A DNA stretch of 64,000 nucleotides from Sporopachydermia quercuum (taxonomy: Eukaryota). Shown one piece after another: positions 58,949 to 64,000 of this stretch. Under the pieces are notes generated by a model that saw only the letters and a program-made list of their open reading frames with translations, searched no databases and was not told where the DNA came from. Where the stretch lies: assembly GCA_001599295.1 (NCBI GenBank), contig BCGN01000010.1:186001-250000 (forward strand). Reading direction: 5' to 3'. The translations under genes were made by a program, and so were the position numbers. The first letter of the stretch is position 1, and every line of letters starts with the position of its first letter.

Positions 58949-61865
58949 TGCTGACTGAATATANAACTTGTGTTGGATCCTTAGCAGAAGAGAGGAGAAG
59001 AAAAGCAGTGACCCTGTGTTGCAACTAATGATCACTCAATTGATATGTTTGATACGACCTAAGATAACAACAGCTAGATACAGCTGATTTAATTGTTCGT
59101 GAAATACTCGATTCAAATCATAAATAAGCACATCTAAGTGTAAAACAACTACAATTGAGCTCTGTTTACTATCTAATCTATTGACTATAAATGTATTAAT
59201 AATGATGACAAGTTTAACAAATAGATTGTAATGGATGAGGGGAGGAAGAACAATTGGACCAGAAATGCACCTAAGGAGATTCGATAAAAAAAGGTCTCAT
59301 AATGATAAGGGTACAGAAACAAATCAGACCCTTGAACATAAGATCTCGCTGTACACAAAAGATAATAGCTAAGGGACTTTAAGTTAGGTTCGGGTACCTC
59401 GATAACTTTAATCCACTGTGCAGATTTAGACTTGTTCTTGGTAAAATGCGATGAGCTTAAGGGTCTATTAATGAATGGCTGTGTTTATGAAAAATTCAAT
59501 GATGGAAGGAATAAGAAAATTGTGAATGATACTAAATAGTTATTGAAATAATGGGTGTTCGAGTTTTTGTTTGTTATCTAAAGGATCAAGGTCTGACAGA
59601 CGTGCATTCAAAGGGTATTCAATGTAGTTCGTTCTGGTATGATGGTTGTTCTGTCTCCTGGAGACAGAATAGGTAAAAAGATTTTTATATTCAATTCAAA
59701 GGTCTATCAGATGCTTATGAGTGGTTTAACCTGTAAGAGAAGCTTTATTTTGGGAAGCTGTCTTTTGAAGAATTTAACTGAGTTGTATACCTGAAGTTGA
59801 TCGGAACAGAAACTGGACTGTGACTATTAGCTTCAGGTTTGATACCTGATCAATGGTTGGTACCATGAATGAATTTTTTCTTGAAAATTTACTATGACAA
59901 AAGAGAGAAAGAACAGAAACTAATTATTCAGTATATCGAGGAAAACTATAACATAAAAGAGTCTTCTATACTCTGTGTTCTACATTTAGTCTTCAACAAT
60001 AATAAACTCAAGGAAAAGACCTGAAACCTGTACAAAGCAACAATGATCATTGCAAACTGTTCTATTTGACCTTCTTGGGCCCCTTTCTTCGAGTTACCTT
60101 CGTTATTAGTGACTAATCGGAGTAATAAATATAATAGAAGCGACTACTCACAGATAGAACAAGCCTGATATTAAATCTTCCAATAAGCAAACCATTTTCA
60201 TTATTGTTTTAACATATTTTGACTCAAATTGCTATTAGCCAAATAATAATAAATATAAAAGATAGCTACAATAAAGTACCAGAACAGAAAATCTTTTCAG
60301 CGGGAAGAAATAGTCTTTATAAAGAAATCTTAATAACTATCTAAATTCTCGATAACCTGGCTAACGTCATATGAAGTACAATCAAGGATTGAAGTTTACC
60401 AAAAAAGCATGAAAGAAATCTGTAATAAACCTACAAATCTACTGTTCGAAACCAGTGTAACATTTCTCACTACAGGTATACGTACATATATGTATTAACA
60501 TGATATAACATATGAAATAATTGTTACTCTTATCAAAAATAGTAAAACGAATAATNTATAGTAATATACATATTTTCNGATGATATTTTGAGGTACCAAA
60601 CTTAATATCTCAATTCAGTAGGTGAAAGTTCTAGTTAGGCCATATAATTTTAAATACTAGAATTAGTGATTTCTGAAAATAAAAAATAAAAACTGACAAC
60701 TATAATAATAAAGCAGCCATAAAGCGTAGGTTGTTGCTTTGATAAATGTTCAAATAAGAGCATATGAGTCAATANGCCCAAGTAACAGTAGGTTAAGGAT
60801 AGTGAGTCCAGTCGTTTGAACTATTAGATGCTCTGCTTAGATACTGTCAAGGATTATTGATGAGATAGTTGAATTGATCATCGATATTGACTGCAATCGT
60901 TTCAAAAAAGTTCAATCTCTTGAATTCCATTCACTGTTCTAAGGAGAAATTTCTTATATATCAGTAGAATCAAATCAATAGCTTTTCTTGTTAGAAGTAG
61001 AATGATTTGAATCTTTACCTGGCAACGAGGACCTTAAGAAATAAAGCTGAGGAGAAATATTTATGCGTCAACTTTATTTTCTTGAGACCTTATTTGCGAA
61101 TAGGCCCTGTTATCAGCTTTACAAATTGTTCTTTACATCTACTTTAGATCTTGTGAGAACAACGATTGAAAGTTCCTCTTCATTTCTAATCTACTTAAAT
61201 TACATTTAATAACCAGAGATCAATCATAACGTGATTTTGAAGATCAGATAGTCACATCGAGATATGCGAAGAACTAGCCTTAAATCAAACCTCAATTCCA
61301 AGCATCAGCAAATGATGCTCATTCCAATGCTGAGTTGAACCATTCTTATCAATCAAGAAATTAAGAAAAGCGTAGATATTAAACTAGATTTGACAATCAA
61401 CAGAAACGTACATTTTTGGATTAGAAAAAATAGTGTCCTACGATTTGAAACGGTCATAGATCATGCTCATTAGTCCTTCAAAGTTATCCAGTCATTGGCA
61501 CATCTCAACTGATCAATCAATAGTTTGAATGTCGATACGTGCCAAAAAATAGACAATGGTACCATAGAACACCTATACTGCTGTCAATGGAAAAACTTAT
61601 CAATGGCTACTGGTATTTATTTTCATAATCTTGGGTTGCTTAACTTACAACAACTCTATCATCATCGTCAATTGTTAACGGTTGATGAATTATTCTCCAT
61701 ATTGTACAAGCATACAACGCAAAAGTAAGTTTATAGGTAATTAATTATACTANATTAGTCAAATCGATGCACTCTGCTTCTATATTAAAAACGTAGACAG
61801 TCGGTCTTTCATAGTTCTAATCAATAGTACTCCAATCCACCAACTTCATAACCTTCCAATCTCAT

Positions 61866-62669
61866 TCATGTAAATCCCTGTTTAATAGCAAATTCAGTAT
61901 GCTCATCAATCTCACTATAAAGCATAACTGTTAATTTCATTTCCTTAGTCCTTATACCCTATTCAGATTCAAACATTTCTACCAATATACTTACGTCGAT
62001 TCCCATGGATAAGCAATCCATACATCAGGATATGTGGCTCCTACGAAGTATCTATTTTTCAAAATATCATCATCAAGTGTAGCTCTCTTAGGCTTATCCT
62101 TGTTATGCAAAACAAAAATCCCAAACTTCGTACCATATAATCNATCTTCTCCAGCTTCAGAATCTGGTATTCCTTTTTCTTTAGCTTGTTCCCGGACATC
62201 CTTCTTTAGCTCTTCAACGGCATAGTGTAATGTACTTCTAGTATCATCAACTTCATCAACGATCAATATCCGTCTACCGATCAAATTTACGCCTTGACTT
62301 GAGAAATCAACCCATTGGGTTCTCTTGACTTCCATTCCTGCCGATTCAGCATCTGTTGAAAATGAATTCAAGTCTTCGTATAAGGACAAACCAATTGCTT
62401 GAATATGAATGTTCTTAGCTCCCTGAACCTTCAAGAATGTTCGAAGAATTCTCGCAGGGATAAATCCACCGCCGCCTGATGAATATATATAGAATTGCGG
62501 TTAATATAAAAGAAAAAGCATATAAACTAAAAAAATATTCGAAAAATGGTTTCAACCTACCAATGGCAATCATCAGATCAGGGTTGAACTTTTCTTTGAT
62601 CTCTTTGCCCACAGTTTTACATATCTTGTGGATATGGTTGTATGACATATATAGCTTATCTTCAGACAT
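61866..62669 (-). CDS. HPT1: Hypoxanthine-guanine phosphoribosyltransferase; exons 62669-62561, 62475-61995, 61914-61866 (212 aa)
   Basis: KLYMSYNHIH, IAIG|GGGFIPARILRTFLK, ILIVDEVDDTRSTL, AYPWEST|EIDEHT; introns GTAGGT..TATTAAC..CAG and GTAAGT..AATTAAC..TAG. Confidence 0.93.
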
Positions 62670-63400
62670 TGTAGTGAGTCGATGAATAGATATTTTTGAT
62701 TGAAATTGAAGATTTGGAAACGAAATTATTTGATTTTTATGTTTTATTTTTGTCAGATATTTGATTTGATGCTTCTATCAAAAGCATAAATAGATCAATA
62801 CAAGAAATAAAAGGCGAGCTGGATGAGTTGACAGAGGGCCTATAACAAAACTTTTAGTTTAAGCTCTGATCGTACTAGTTCAAGTAAATTGGCATTGCAC
62901 TAATACTAGGAAGGTTAAATAATTAGTGTAGGGTGTTCAGATGGAGTCCAACCGNTGAAAAACCTTGAATTCTATTGAAGGTAAAATATTCATGGTATAA
63001 GCGTTTGAGTAAAAGCAAAATGTCACGTAATATTATAGTAAATGAAATTAATTCTTCGCTCAATAAAAACTACCATCCTGGTTGCCTTTCCTTACTTTAC
63101 AGTTCTCTTTACACCCAATTGTACAAGAATTTTCAATGCTATTAATGCAGCCTCGCGGCTGCGGAAGACTTACATACTATACAAATAAGATTAAGATTGA
63201 AAAGCGGTTCACACTTTAATCGTAATCCGCATTATCCTGCATCAGTCTCATGAACTTAAAAAATGATCTACTACCAATTACTCACTTATTGAAATTGAAC
63301 TGACTTTTGTAAGTAATGGTTCATAGTATATCATAGAAAGCGATATAAAAANCCTAAATCTTCTCTAAAATGTCTATAAGTTATTGGTTTTAGTCCATGC

Positions 63401-63719
63401 TTATTTCTTCGTAACTTTAGCCTTACTCTTCTTCTGTAAAGCTTTCTTCAAATAAGATAGTTCCTTGGCATTGGAATCTTTCTCTTTGTCATCATCTTCT
63501 TTGTTATGCTCTAAACCACCATCAACGNTTTTCTCTTTTTTTTTTGTTTCCTGGTACTTTCCACGGGCTTTGGATTTATCGAACTGGGTATCCACTTCTA
63601 AATCGCTATAGCCATCCTCGTCTATAATCTCATCTCCTGAATCTTCGATTTCTAACCCTGCTTGGTCTTCTTCTTCAGATTCATCAATACTTATGTATCC
63701 GTCATCTTCATCATCCTCG

Positions 63720-63750
<31 letters not shown>

Positions 63751-64000
63751 CTTCATTTTCTTCGCCTTCTAAATCGTCAAGCTCTTCGAAGTATTCTACA
63801 TCGTCTTCATCGCTGTCTTCCTCATCCTCCTCTTCATAGAACCCATTCTCCAATAAATTCAGCTTATCGTCACCAGCTAAAATCTCAGTTTTTAAGGTCA
63901 TTTGATTATTCAATAATTCAAGCTTTCCTTTCAATGCAAGCAGTCTATCTAACGTTCCGCTTCTTCTGGCTAATACTGAGTATAATGATGATAAATTTGG
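63401..64000 (-). CDS. UTP5: 3' end of SSU processome t-UTP subunit Utp5 (partial; the gene starts beyond the window)
   Basis: Frame is open to the window edge: PNLSSLYSVLARRSGTLDRLLALKGKLELL followed by a long D/E tract; tandem with HPT1 as in S. cerevisiae. Confidence 0.8.

Noticed and set aside
58949..59035. N-terminal extension of the SurE ORF shown in the ORF track
   Set aside because: Starts at a non-ATG codon; the ATG at 58948 directly precedes a signal peptide.
59040..61860. URH1/DIT relic or LTR in the long SurE-HPT1 spacer
   Set aside because: No DCDPGHDD-type motif, long ORF, TG..CA bounded repeat or target-site duplication was recognised.

Overview
Eukaryotic DNA from an intron-rich budding yeast (Saccharomycotina, apparently pre-WGD gene order). 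It is AT-rich with scattered N bases, and CTG codons fall at conserved Leu positions, so the code is standard. There are 23 protein-coding loci: a URC2-like Zn2Cys6 factor, UBA2, PET123, MUS81, PUP1, ADE8, IDH2, a cytochrome-c-peroxidase-like gene, TRS120, PNS1, MTR10, SME1, an orphan, CIA30, ISN1, an ATG40-like gene, MRP20, RPB2, MRPL23, RPB7, a SurE phosphatase, HPT1 and UTP5. I reconstructed 18 coding-region introns by hand in 11 of them. Most genes interleave S. cerevisiae YDR386-408 and YOR136-161. Main oddities: (1) RPB2 keeps its catalytic motifs but has many substitutions at residues identical from yeast to human that line the DNA-RNA hybrid, fork loop 2 and switch 3; (2) the Zn2Cys6 gene has four lesions in its DNA-binding 5' part while 2.3 kb of its 3' frame is intact; (3) the peroxidase has a ~420-aa Lys/Ile-rich, membrane-anchor-like N-terminal extension; (4) two ~520-nt introns fold back through nested inverted complementarity. 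No tRNA, rRNA, transposon or CRISPR was recognised. All homology calls are from memory of the families, with no database search.
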